Shown in pieces: positions 23,722 to 33,259 of a DNA stretch of 64,000 nucleotides. How positions within the stretch are numbered: position 1 is the stretch's first letter; each line of letters opens with the position of its first letter. This DNA comes from Lepidodermella squamata (Eukaryota; Animalia; Gastrotricha), in assembly GCA_047495785.1 (NCBI GenBank), contig JBLDXI010000042.1, forward strand, positions 1,984,001 to 2,048,000. The letters run 5' to 3'. The notes beneath the pieces are model-generated. The model searched no databases and was not told where the DNA came from. It saw only the letters and a program-made list of their open reading frames with translations. The translations under genes were made by a program, and so were the position numbers.

Positions 23722-24890
23722 CTACTACGGCAAGGACTTGATTCTAGTTCTACCATCTCATGCGTCATCAGATTTGTATCCTCAAAATACTGCTGCAGAG
23801 TTCAAAGTCAAGCTTCCACATATTATTGGTAAGTTGAATAAACTCGTATCGTGTTGCATCTTGTTACGCCTTCCGATAATAGATTTAGGGAGCGTTGGCT
23901 CTCATGAAGCTGCCCTCCTCGAGGTTTGCACTCCATCGCAGGTTGTTTCGCTGAAAAAGTCCACTTTTTTCGTTTTCAAAACCTCTTGGTTGGACCGTGG
24001 CACTCTTGAGGAATCACCTTACAACAACCCTTTGGAGTTTGCCGAGTGCCATGTGGGTGGTCGCATCTACGAGACAATGACAGATTACATCAATGACTTG
24101 CTCTCTGCTATGCCTGAATGGGCTGAAATCAACATGGCCTATGAGGAAGGCAAAGATCGCATTCGCTTTGACCTAAAACCCGGCTTCGGGTTGTACCTTC
24201 CCGAATTTACGGGGCAGATTCTTGGTTTTGGAAAGGCTGTCGTTTTAATTAACGTCCCTCCAGATGAAGAGTCTAGTGGGGATGAAGATTGGCAGCAGAG
24301 ACATGAACGGGAATATTTGAGCCTCTTCAGTCATTTATTGCGATTTATACTGGCCGGAAAAGATGGCAAAAAGTTGGTAATGGCAAATGGGAAAAAACCT
24401 ACATATCAGACCGACGAAGATGGTAAATTAACCCTGAATCTTTATCAGAGGAGTTTGGCAGATGAGGTCTCATTGGCCGCTGAGGTTGCTTATCGATCCA
24501 CGCGCAAAGATCAGCCGCTCTACTCTGAATTCATTCCGCAAATTCATTTCCACACTCCGCTGATTTATTGCTACACGGACCTCATTGAGCCGGTTATTTG
24601 CGGTGATAAAAGTGTCCCTTTGCTGCGAGTTTTTCCCGCGTCTTCTGGCGCATCCAACAAGCAAAAGTACAACCTGATCAGTTTTGCTGGCTCAACACCG
24701 TACTATCACCCAATCAAGTCGCAATTTTTGGACACCCTGAGCTTCATGATGTGCCTCGATTCAGGTATCTGTGATTTTCTTCTTCATCGTCAGCTGTGAT
24801 TTTTACGAATTGATGATTTTAGGAGAGAAATTAGTATTTAAACAAGGGAAAAGTATGCTGACAATCCACATACGTCCCATTCGCCATTAA
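23705..24890 (+). CDS. Minor capsid protein (penton); introns 23829-23882 and 24765-24822
   Basis: LVLPSHASSDLYPQN..F.V.LP, YCYTDLIEP..GD..VPLLR, spliced C-terminus GEKLVFKQG..LTIHIRP. Confidence 0.88.
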
Positions 24891-24892
24891 AA

Positions 24893-25416
24893 ATGCGACA
24901 ACCTATTAGCTCCGATTCATACCTGCACTGGTTTCAGCAACAACAGACTGGTCGTGGGATTTCTTCTTCAATCCAACCATTCACTGGACCCTCTATTGTT
25001 TTGATGCCACAAGTCGGTAATGGCTTGGGTAAGAACGGCGATTAGTTTTCATCAACATTCTTAGGAATTTCTCGTGTGTTGTTTTTTTTTCTTTTCAAAA
25101 AAAAATATTAGGTACTTGGCTCCGAGGTTGGGTACGAAATAGCCTGATTCCATTTCTACCCAGGCTCTTGAACACTGCTGCTACAGCGGCATCCAACATA
25201 GCTTCAGATATCTCCACGCGTCAACAGAGTGGCGCAGATCTCAATGTAGCTGAGGTTTTAAAAAACCGAGGATTGGAAGGTCTCAAGTCTGTTGGCAAAG
25301 AAGCTGTTAATCATTTAGCTTCTCAGTATGGATCTGGAAAGCGCAAACGCAAAGGGAAACCAAAAAAGCGTGCAGTTTTGTTCAAGCAGCCAAAATCGGA
25401 TCGCATTTTGTTCTAA
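24893..25416 (+). CDS. Basic core protein with Q-x-G-x-G motifs; intron 25029-25111
   Basis: QTGRG, QVGNGLG, QYGSG then a basic tail; 146 aa after splicing. Confidence 0.8.
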
Positions 25417-25492
25417 TTAAGTGTGTGTGTATAAAGGATCTTCAGAAATTGAATAAATTGTAATCGCCCAAGTGCTTTACGTTTTTACAATC

Positions 25493-26841
25493 ATGTCTGA
25501 CCATGCTATTAGAGCCGAATTAGCTGTTTTTGCCTCACCTGCATTCACAAATGAAATCACAGGAACGCACGTAACTGAATGCTTTCCAACAACATCGATA
25601 AGTGGAGCCCAGCAGATAACATTTGTTATCCCTGCTTCTGAAGCCTTCACGGACCTCAGTCACACCTATTTATCAATCAAGGCTACGCTAACACCGACGA
25701 ATGATGACATCACAACAGAGACATTTTGCTGCGCGGGCGTAAATAACCTGTTGAACTCCTTATTCGAGGACTGTCACATTTATCTCAACGAATGCTTAAT
25801 CACGCAGAATTCTTCGCTCCATAGCTACCAGGCATATATGGAAAACTTCTTATCGGCAACACAAGATATCCAGTCAACAAAGCTCACCAACGTTGGTTGG
25901 TACCCTGATACCCCCGGGTTGTTCAACAATCTGAAGGAAAATGCAGGGTTCAAATCTCGTCGTGCGCTGGTGAAGAATTTCGAACAAAAACCCGTCATCT
26001 CTTTGCTGGGGAAAATTTCGACCGATTTCTTCAATCAGGAACGATATTTGATCCCACAAACAAGCGTGCGAATTAAGCTGACTCTACACAAGCCAGAGTT
26101 TTTCCTTATGTCTGATAATCTGGCAAATTACGAGTTCAAACTTCTGGAGGCGGTCTTGCTAGTAAAACGAGTTGAGGTTGTTCCCGAGGTCACCATTGCA
26201 CTTGAAAAGGCGCTATTGGAAGCACCGGCTCGTTACAGTTTCACTCATACGGTGACTAAGCCATTCAATTTGCCTACCAATATGACGGCCATTTTCCTCA
26301 ACAACGTTGTATTAGGAGTGATTCCCGAAAAGATTGTATTAGGTAAAAAGAAAAAACCCATTTTTTTCAGACCATTCTAATATAACTTGTTTTACCATTG
26401 CAAGCCATGGTCGAGGATGAAGGTATTCAGGGTTCAGCTGCCACCAACCCTTTCAGGTTTCAACATTTCGGTCTTCAGAATATAACAATTACCATCGATG
26501 GAAAGGCTGTTGGTGGCACACCTCTTGCAATGGATTTCGAAGCTAACGATTGTGCCCGAGTTTACCAACTCATGCAAGATACCATATTTCCGACTTCGAA
26601 TTCAAAGTGTGTCAACATAAGTCGGGATGATTTCGTCAAAGGTGGTGGCTTTGTCATGGCATTCGACTTGAGTCAGGATTCGGATCCTAATGGACGTTTG
26701 ACGCAGACAGGACAGATGGCGATCAACCTTCTCTTCAGCAAGAAACTGACTTCTCCAACGACTTTGATTGCCGTAATGTATTATAAAAACAAGACGCTAG
26801 AAATTCAGGCCAACAGAACAGTCCTACATAATTTCTTCTAA
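25493..26841 (+). CDS. Major capsid protein; intron 26343-26404
   Basis: FTDLSHTYL, NNLLNSLF, YQAYME, DFFNQERYL, NPFRFQHF, AFDLSQD; 428 aa. Confidence 0.92.
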
Positions 26842-26847
26842 GAAAAC

Positions 26848-27339
26848 ATGAACACCCTGGAACTGAATGCTTTGCTCCATTCCGACCCTATTATCAATCA
26901 AGGTGTTTACGCTACAATTCCGTGCGATATGCTTCATTATTACGAAAACTATGATATGCATACTAAGCCTCTTTACCTAATCGTGAATGCCTCTCCAAGC
27001 TCGACAGCAGGCACTCATTGGATAGCCATACATGTAACGGAAACATCAATTACCTTCATGGACTCTTATGGTCAGGATTCGGGATCTTGGTCGGTTCGTC
27101 TGGACCATTTCATCGGTAACATGGCGAATTGTGGCAGGAAGCTCGTATCATTCAATCACCGCGGCCTTCAACCGTTTGACAGTGCCTACTGTGGTTTGTA
27201 TTGCCTGGTATTCCTACATCAGTCAGCTCGCGGTGTTTCCCTACCTAATATTCTTTCGTTAATCACTAATCATGGCTGGAATACGAGAGCCGAAAATGAC
27301 GCTTTTGTTGCACGCTTTGTTAAGGACAACTTTGCATAG
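26848..27339 (+). CDS. Adenain-like cysteine protease
   Basis: GTHW, FMDSYG, LQ...S.YCGLYC. Confidence 0.92.
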   Translation: MNTLELNALLHSDPIINQGVYATIPCDMLHYYENYDMHTKPLYLIVNASPSSTAGTHWIAIHVTETSITFMDSYGQDSGSWSVRLDHFIGNMANCGRKLVSFNHRGLQPFDSAYCGLYCLVFLHQSARGVSLPNILSLITNHGWNTRAENDAFVARFVKDNFA

Positions 27340-27362
27340 TATATAAAAAGAGCTGCTTGTAA

Positions 27363-28212
27363 ATGTTACCTACCATACATAATATTAATAAATCCATAAC
27401 GGAAGATTATATGACGATGACTTCGTTTACCACAGCTTTCCAGGCACCTTGTACTATAATCATTTCTGGCCCTAGTCAGGGTGGAAAATCAACACTAATC
27501 AAAGATATTTTGCTGTGCCCTGACTCATTCGATAGACCTATCGATAGGGTAGTTTGGTTTCGAGGTATTGCTCAACCAGGTCATGTCGAACTCAGTCAAC
27601 AAGTTCGGGCAGTGCGTGGAATTCCGATCGAATATCGGGATGACATAACAACCTTTCACGAGGCTGATTACCTGGGACCTGGGCATAAGCTGCTGGTATT
27701 CGATGATAATTACTGCGATGCCAAGGATATGAAGCAAGTTGCAGAACTGTTTTACCGCGGTTCGCATCACAGCCAAATTTCAGTAATAATGGCGCAAAAT
27801 AATTTATTTCCTCGGTTTGTTTACTGCTGTATGAATAATATATTATAACCATGATTTTTAGAGGAAAGTTTTCCCGAGATGTCACCTTGAATGCGAGATA
27901 CATTATTGTTTTTCGCTCACCTTGTGACATGACTCAGTTCGGACACCTGGCTCGTCGAATTTTACCCAAAGACTGGAGATTCTTGCAAGGTTAACAATTT
28001 GAATTTCATTTGAATATTACCGCTTCACATCATTAAAATATATAGAGAGCTTTGACATTGCTACGAGCGCACCTTTTGGTTATCTTTTAATAGATAACAC
28101 ATCATCTTGCCCGCCGTTACTCCGTTTTCGAAACTTTATCGGATCTCGAACTGGCAACGTTTTTGTAAAGGTGGAAGACGTTCCCAGCTTGAACCTACCA
28201 CTGACTATATAA
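27363..28212 (+). CDS. Packaging ATPase; introns 27815-27861 and 27990-28045
   Basis: GPSQGGKS, LLVFDD, GSHH, spliced QNNLFPRGK..LNARY and PFGYLLID. Confidence 0.92.
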
Positions 28213-28409
28213 AAAGGACTCTGTGTTACAGTAGGAATAAACACATCAAACTCTTGATTATGTTCGGTTTATTGTGTTACTACTACTACGAATACTACTA
28301 CTACTACTACTACAGTATATGTTAAGCATACGTAGATTATTAAGTAGGCGATTATATATATTGTCCAGTGTCAGTTTAGTCCATTGAGCCGAGAACGAAT
28401 TCTCTCTCT

Positions 28410-29066
28410 CTACTCGTTCAGGTTCGAGAGCATGTAGTAGATCATGTGCTGCAGTTCCATGAAGACTGCATCTGAGGCACAAAAACCATCTTGCGAGAAT
28501 TCCTGCGAATTTTCTTGTCCAATGATGTTATTACCCGCAGCAGGCAGGAAAAGGCGGACATCGACATATGTGCGGGGTGACCCGTTCGGACGAAATACCT
28601 TGGCGTGAAACATTCCTCCGATGTGATGTTTCGGTCCATTGCACATCATCTTCCCTCTCGGTAGTTTCAGCTCCTGCTTGATCTTGTCAACCCATGAGCC
28701 TTCGATCTGCATGCTTTCATAAATCATTCGCAGCTCTCGAGCTGAGAGATACAAACCCTTGCGTGTATAGTAGAGTTTGTTCACTTCGATTGCATGACCA
28801 ATGAAAAACTCAAGATCTGGAACGTGATCATCATGATTTCGACGCAAGATCATGAAGGTGGGCTCTTTACAGCTTGTTATCGACTGCCTGGCCAAGATGT
28901 AGTGTACTCGTTGAAATCGACTGAGGTCATTCCAACCAGGAATCAAACCGCTTCGATTTGAGCCGGCAGCAGCAGCAGCAGCATGACCACGTGGAGGTAG
29001 CAATGGACCATCGATTGTTGGCGATGAGGGGGTATCCATGGTGGTGGTGGTGGTAGTTTCCATCAA
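28410..29066 (-). CDS. Protein with two PC4-like (ssDNA-binding/coactivator) modules
   Basis: TRKGLYLSARELR and AKVF....YVDVRLF...GF...VFMEL resemble PC4 signatures. Confidence 0.55.
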   Translation of the reverse strand: MMETTTTTTMDTPSSPTIDGPLLPPRGHAAAAAAGSNRSGLIPGWNDLSRFQRVHYILARQSITSCKEPTFMILRRNHDDHVPDLEFFIGHAIEVNKLYYTRKGLYLSARELRMIYESMQIEGSWVDKIKQELKLPRGKMMCNGPKHHIGGMFHAKVFRPNGSPRTYVDVRLFLPAAGNNIIGQENSQEFSQDGFCASDAVFMELQHMIYYMLSNLNE

Positions 29067-29246
29067 ATAAAAGAAGTTATCTCAGGATATATACTACCTA
29101 AATGTAAAGCAAGCGTTAGTTATGACTATTTCCACCCTTCTCCGCAGGCAACCTTTTATACAGGTCGGACCGTTAGTTGTCAAATAGGTATTGTTTGATT
29201 AAGTATATTAACCGTTTCTAGTGACAGTTTGTTAATTAATAATATT

Positions 29247-29630
29247 ATGGCGCCAAAGGCGCTAACGTCAAAGCGGCAACGAACTCTTGACTTCCTACGG
29301 TTGCTTACCCAGGCACCACCTAGCCAGCGGCGACGGTTGCTCGGGTTGGCGCCAACTCGTATAGTTGTTCTGCTAACCGAAATCTGTCTAAATTTGCTAC
29401 GTCATAACCTGTCAGCGGACTCGAAGACAGTTAAGAAGCTACGTACATATAAAGCAACTATCGAGCGCATTTCCAAGTTTAAATCACCAGACATCAACCG
29501 CCAATTGCTAGTTCAAAACGGCAGTGGTGCTTTCATTCCCCTACTTATTTCAGCTGCTAGTAGCGTTCTACCTTCAGTTATTGACGGTATTTTGGCACTT
29601 CGTAAAAGCAGCACTAATCGTGATGTCTGA
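29247..29630 (+). CDS. Conserved basic Polinton virion protein
   Basis: RRRLL..A...V..LTEICLNLL..N...K.LR.YK...QNGSGAFIPLL. Confidence 0.75.
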   Translation: MAPKALTSKRQRTLDFLRLLTQAPPSQRRRLLGLAPTRIVVLLTEICLNLLRHNLSADSKTVKKLRTYKATIERISKFKSPDINRQLLVQNGSGAFIPLLISAASSVLPSVIDGILALRKSSTNRDV

Positions 29631-30579
29631 GAAGCATAGTCGTAAGTTGGTCCTCATGCAAGACTTGGCGGCAGATGGTAATGGAAATGTGACGACGACG
29701 ACGACGCCAGTTACTACGCGCGCAGAAGGTGTTTGTGATAAAGATGCACTACAACGAAGAGCAATGACGAGGCAGCGTTTGTTTGATGGGCCCGCCTATT
29801 CCAAGGTGGAAGATTTGGAAAATCAAATGACTGATATACTACAGCAACCAAATGTTAACTCGCAGAGTGCACGAGAGTACAACTACCTGTTCGGGGAACT
29901 TGAACGGCTCAAGCAAAACTTTCGACTGTTCCAAAATACCAGAGTTAACAACCAGACTGATCAAGCACCTACGAAAGAGTCACCTCGACCTCCTGCTCCC
30001 ACACCTGTTACTGGCACTACGCCTACCGCGGCGGCTGCTGCTGCTGCTTCTGATCCGGTAGCCGGTGGTAGTGATACTGCTGTAGCAGGCACGGTTACTA
30101 ATGGGGACGCTACAACCAATTACCTCAATGCTCGCTTTGGCAGTTTAAAGTCTGATCAACTTGAAAAAGCATCCTCTATTTTGAATCATCTGCGTTCGAA
30201 TTTGTCACCTGATGCTACCTTCACATTGGATGGATCATCGTCCTCCTCAACAATCACTTTTATTCGGGATGACAGTTCCTTGGCTGAGATCCCGGTCGAT
30301 ACTCTGGTTGAAGTCTTAACAAAAGCTCCAAGCAAATTATCAGTCTCCGCAAAGCAGCTGTTTCAACCAGTTGCGGAACTCTTGTCAAAGACCTCTGCAC
30401 CCATGCATCTATTCGCAAAGTCGAGCATTGGTAAATCGGTCACGGCGATGACTAATGCTCGCTATCAAAATCCGACGCGTCCGCCGCGCCAACGGTCTAT
30501 GTCGTCGTCATCGTTCCTTCGAGACATTGTTACACCTGATATTGCAACCATGTTTCCGTGGGAACACGTGGGAACATGA
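29623..30579 (+). CDS. Conserved Polinton protein of unknown function
   Basis: RKLVLM, LENQMTDIL..EYNYL, KASSILNHL, near-terminal W; overlaps the upstream stop. Confidence 0.65.
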   Translation: MSEKHSRKLVLMQDLAADGNGNVTTTTTPVTTRAEGVCDKDALQRRAMTRQRLFDGPAYSKVEDLENQMTDILQQPNVNSQSAREYNYLFGELERLKQNFRLFQNTRVNNQTDQAPTKESPRPPAPTPVTGTTPTAAAAAAASDPVAGGSDTAVAGTVTNGDATTNYLNARFGSLKSDQLEKASSILNHLRSNLSPDATFTLDGSSSSSTITFIRDDSSLAEIPVDTLVEVLTKAPSKLSVSAKQLFQPVAELLSKTSAPMHLFAKSSIGKSVTAMTNARYQNPTRPPRQRSMSSSSFLRDIVTPDIATMFPWEHVGT

Positions 30580-30799
30580 TAAAAGATTGTGGTTGCTGCT
30601 ACTACTACTACTACTACTAATACTACTACAACTATTACTACTACTATCGTAATAAAATTTGCAATAAAACACGACCTGCAGGGGTGTCTCAATCGTTCAT
30701 TCTCTCATTCATTCATTCATTCATTCATTCATTCATTCATACAACTGCATTTACCAAACCTGCCGCAGTCACATGACCGTGGGAACATTTTTCAACAAA

Positions 30800-31010
30800 C
30801 AACCTTGATATTTATTATTCAATTTTCATTTTCGCGCCAAAAATTACCAACGACCTTGACATTTATTTTCAAATTTTCATTTTCGCGCCAAAAATTACAA
30901 ACGACCTTGACATTTATTTTCAAATTTTCATTTTCGCGCCAAAAATTACAAACGACCTTGACATTTATTTTCACATTTTCGCGCCAAACTTTCTCAAACG
31001 ACCTTGACAT
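30800..31010. repeat. 51-bp subterminal tandem repeat, ~4 copies, each with TTTCGCGCCAAA
   Basis: Unit ACGACCTTGACATTTATTTTCAAATTTTCATTTTCGCGCCAAAAATTACAA. Confidence 0.92.
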
Positions 31011-31015
31011 AATCA

Positions 31016-31089
31016 TTATGATTCATTTCTCCGACCGTGGGAAAATATTTGAATTTTTGACCGTTGCTGGAGACCCCCCCCTTACTACT
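31016..31089 (-). repeat. Right terminal inverted repeat of element B
   Basis: Ends CCCCCCCCTTACTACT and is followed by CATGAT. Confidence 0.97.
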
Positions 31090-31103
31090 CATGATATCCT
31101 ACT

Positions 31104-31178
31104 CATGATCCTATTAGGGATCAACGCTTCATGATCCTATTAGGGATCAACGCTTCATGATCCTATTAGGGATCAACG
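31104..31178. repeat. 26-bp tandem repeat x3 with internal hairpin
   Basis: CATGATCCTATTAGGGATCAACGCTT at 31104, 31130, 31156. Confidence 0.9.
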
Positions 31179-31463
31179 AAGATCTACACCTCCATCCTCA
31201 CTGTCATCTTCATCATCATAGAATTCTCTAGGTGTGTTATCGATTTCCCGTTTAACTTGATCGATGCGCGACTGTTTGTCGCTCAGCTGCCTTGCGAGCT
31301 TTTGCATCCGCAACTTGATGGCTCGCTTTTGATCGAATAGCCGGCCGAGTTCTGCCTTTAATTGGGCGTGCCGTCTTCGAACCGCGTTGCCAGTTTGCTT
31401 GGTACCGTTCAGAAAGGCGAAGCGGTCTTTTCGCGCTGGTGGTTCGCTTTCCATTGTAGCCAT
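31173..31463 (-). CDS. Hypothetical coiled-coil protein with acidic tail
   Basis: 96 aa, heptad-rich and basic, ends YDDEDDSEDG. Confidence 0.45.
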   Translation of the reverse strand: MATMESEPPARKDRFAFLNGTKQTGNAVRRRHAQLKAELGRLFDQKRAIKLRMQKLARQLSDKQSRIDQVKREIDNTPREFYDDEDDSEDGGVDLR

Positions 31464-31609
31464 TGTTTTCCCCGAAGGGTATTATCACGTACTCAATAAC
31501 CATTTATAAAGCGAATCATGCATCCGTAATTTCTTCCAGCCAGCTCATTTGCATATTCACAGATTTAAATTAAAATCAAATTAAAGAAAATAGAAAACTA
31601 AATTTATTT

Positions 31610-31683
31610 TGCAGAGGTTGGGGATCGAACCCTCATCCTTCAGGTATCTAACGCAGTGCTAATACCACTGTACCACTGTGTAC
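31610..31683 (-). ncRNA. tRNA-like Pol III unit 1
   Basis: A box TGGTACAGTGG, B box GGTTCGATCCC; acceptor stem does not pair. Confidence 0.5.
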
Positions 31684-31822
31684 AGCCCATTATAGCACCA
31701 TTCTAAACCATTTAAGAAGGGAATCATGCCTCTTCTCTTTCTTCCATTTGGCTCATTTGCTTATGCACAGATTTAAATGTAATATTGATTAAAAAATAAA
31801 AAATAAAAAAATAAAGTTTATA

Positions 31823-31897
31823 TTGCAGCAGGTGGGGATCGACCTCACATCCTTGAGCTACCCAGTGTAGTGCTAATACTACTGTGCCACTGTGTAC
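31823..31897 (-). ncRNA. tRNA-like Pol III unit 2 (degenerate duplicate of unit 1)
   Basis: TGGCACAGTAG and AGGTCGATCCC; part of a ~210 bp tandem duplication. Confidence 0.4.
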
Positions 31898-31994
31898 AGC
31901 GTATAATACCAAGGCGTTAATATCGTGTCATTTCACTCGGCGGTATTTCCTCTATGAATCATGTGCCGTAGACATTTAAATAAAAAATTTAACC

Positions 31995-32022
31995 TAAAGA
32001 AAGAAAAGAAGAGAAAGAAGAA

Positions 32023-32064
<42 letters not shown>

Positions 32065-32095
32065 AAAGAAGAAAGAGAAGAAAAGAAAGAAAAAA
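31995..32095. repeat. GA-rich simple repeat
   Basis: (GA)n and AAAG/AAG runs. Confidence 0.9.
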
Positions 32096-32107
32096 CCGAA
32101 TTTCTTC

Positions 32108-32182
32108 TGCGGGCGGTGGGGATTGAACCCGCACCCCAAAACAACACTGCACAGTGTGTTAACCACTATGCCAGTGGGCGCG
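32108..32182 (-). ncRNA. tRNA-like Pol III unit 3
   Basis: A box TGGCATAGTGG, B box GGTTCAATCCC. Confidence 0.5.
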
Positions 32183-32627
32183 GCCCTTTTATATGTGCGT
32201 TCGTCCCATTATATAGTGTTATTTTAGGGAAGTGTTGTGTGTGATGAGTCAGGCATGAGCGGCCTTCCTAATAAAATATCGGCTCACGTCTTCCCATTTA
32301 TTTGCATCTAATACTCCCCCCTTACACCGAAATTGTGTCCTCATTCACGGACGCGCAATTGTCATAACTTATCTTCCCAGCAATTTAAAACTCACTAATT
32401 ATTTATTCAAAACGTCCTTGAAATATTTTACCAATTTACATGGTCAGGCTCGAATTGCCAAAAAGGGTGTAAGCCGTCGAGTGGCCCAGCTACGGCAATT
32501 CCTATCTGCTAAGGAATTTTTTGACGGGCTTTATGTCAAAAGATGCGCCTTGAAAAACTGCATATTCTAGTATCAACTCCGGAAAAAAAATAATTTTTCC
32601 CGTACAGGTATTAAAAGAAAACTGGTC

Positions 32628-33259
32628 CGGCTAACTTCGGACACAACTGGGGTAATTTCGGACAGCTCAATGTGAATATTTAGATTGGGGTCAAAGTTCA
32701 CATTAAAGCGAGATAAAATTTGTGAGCAGATTTAAGGAAAAAAAACCAAAATGCATGATGAGGGATTCGAACCCTCAATATTGAATTGTGCTCCCAACGC
32801 AGCTTAGTGCTGCTCTCAATAAAATATGGAGTTTAAAAATGTCAAGGTCAATTGACATCTTTTTGAATTTCCCGTAGTTTGAAGCTGTCCGAACTTACCC
32901 GGGACGAAATTTGTTTTCTAAAGTATTTCCTGATCAAAATTTTCGTTAAAAATTGGTTTGAACATGACAGCATTACTAAATCGATGGTGCTCTATCTTTT
33001 CCGCTTCTCTCCAGCAAAAAATACCTACCTGGTGAAAAGTTAGCAATTTTGGGTCGCGGGACATGACTGCCAAGAAGTTGGACTATTCTTCGCATACTTA
33101 TCTGTTTTCAATGTTTCTGGTGTCATTTGAAAGCCAAGACTCAGGGCTATCTTCTGCATTTTGAACGGTCTCTATATTCACCGGGGTTGAGGAGAAATTC
33201 CAGTTCAAAGTCAAAAGTGTCCGAAGTTACCCTGTCCGAAGTTAGACCGCCTTACGGTA
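32628..33259. mobile_element. Degenerate MITE (pogo/Tc1-like)
   Basis: CTAACTTCGGACA..GGGTAATTTCGGACA on the left, inverted copies on the right ending CTTACGG-TA. Confidence 0.55.

Larger units (their letters stand above)
12274..31089 (+). mobile_element. Complete 18.8 kb intron-rich Polinton/Maverick element B
   Basis: TIRs, CATGAT duplication at 12268-12273 and 31090-31095, full core gene set (pPolB, integrase, penton, MCP, protease, ATPase). Confidence 0.97.

Noticed and set aside
17162-28212. Element B as a decayed, frameshifted pseudo-element
   Set aside because: Every break coincides with a 47-83 nt GT-AG segment whose removal restores the frame and conserved motifs
30589-31134. 181 aa ORF and the antisense 65 aa ORF
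   Set aside because: Translations of microsatellites, the 51-bp repeat and the TIR
31610-32182. Functional tRNA genes
   Set aside because: A and B boxes are present but acceptor and anticodon stems do not pair
31933-32227. ORFs over the GA tract
   Set aside because: Low-complexity artefacts
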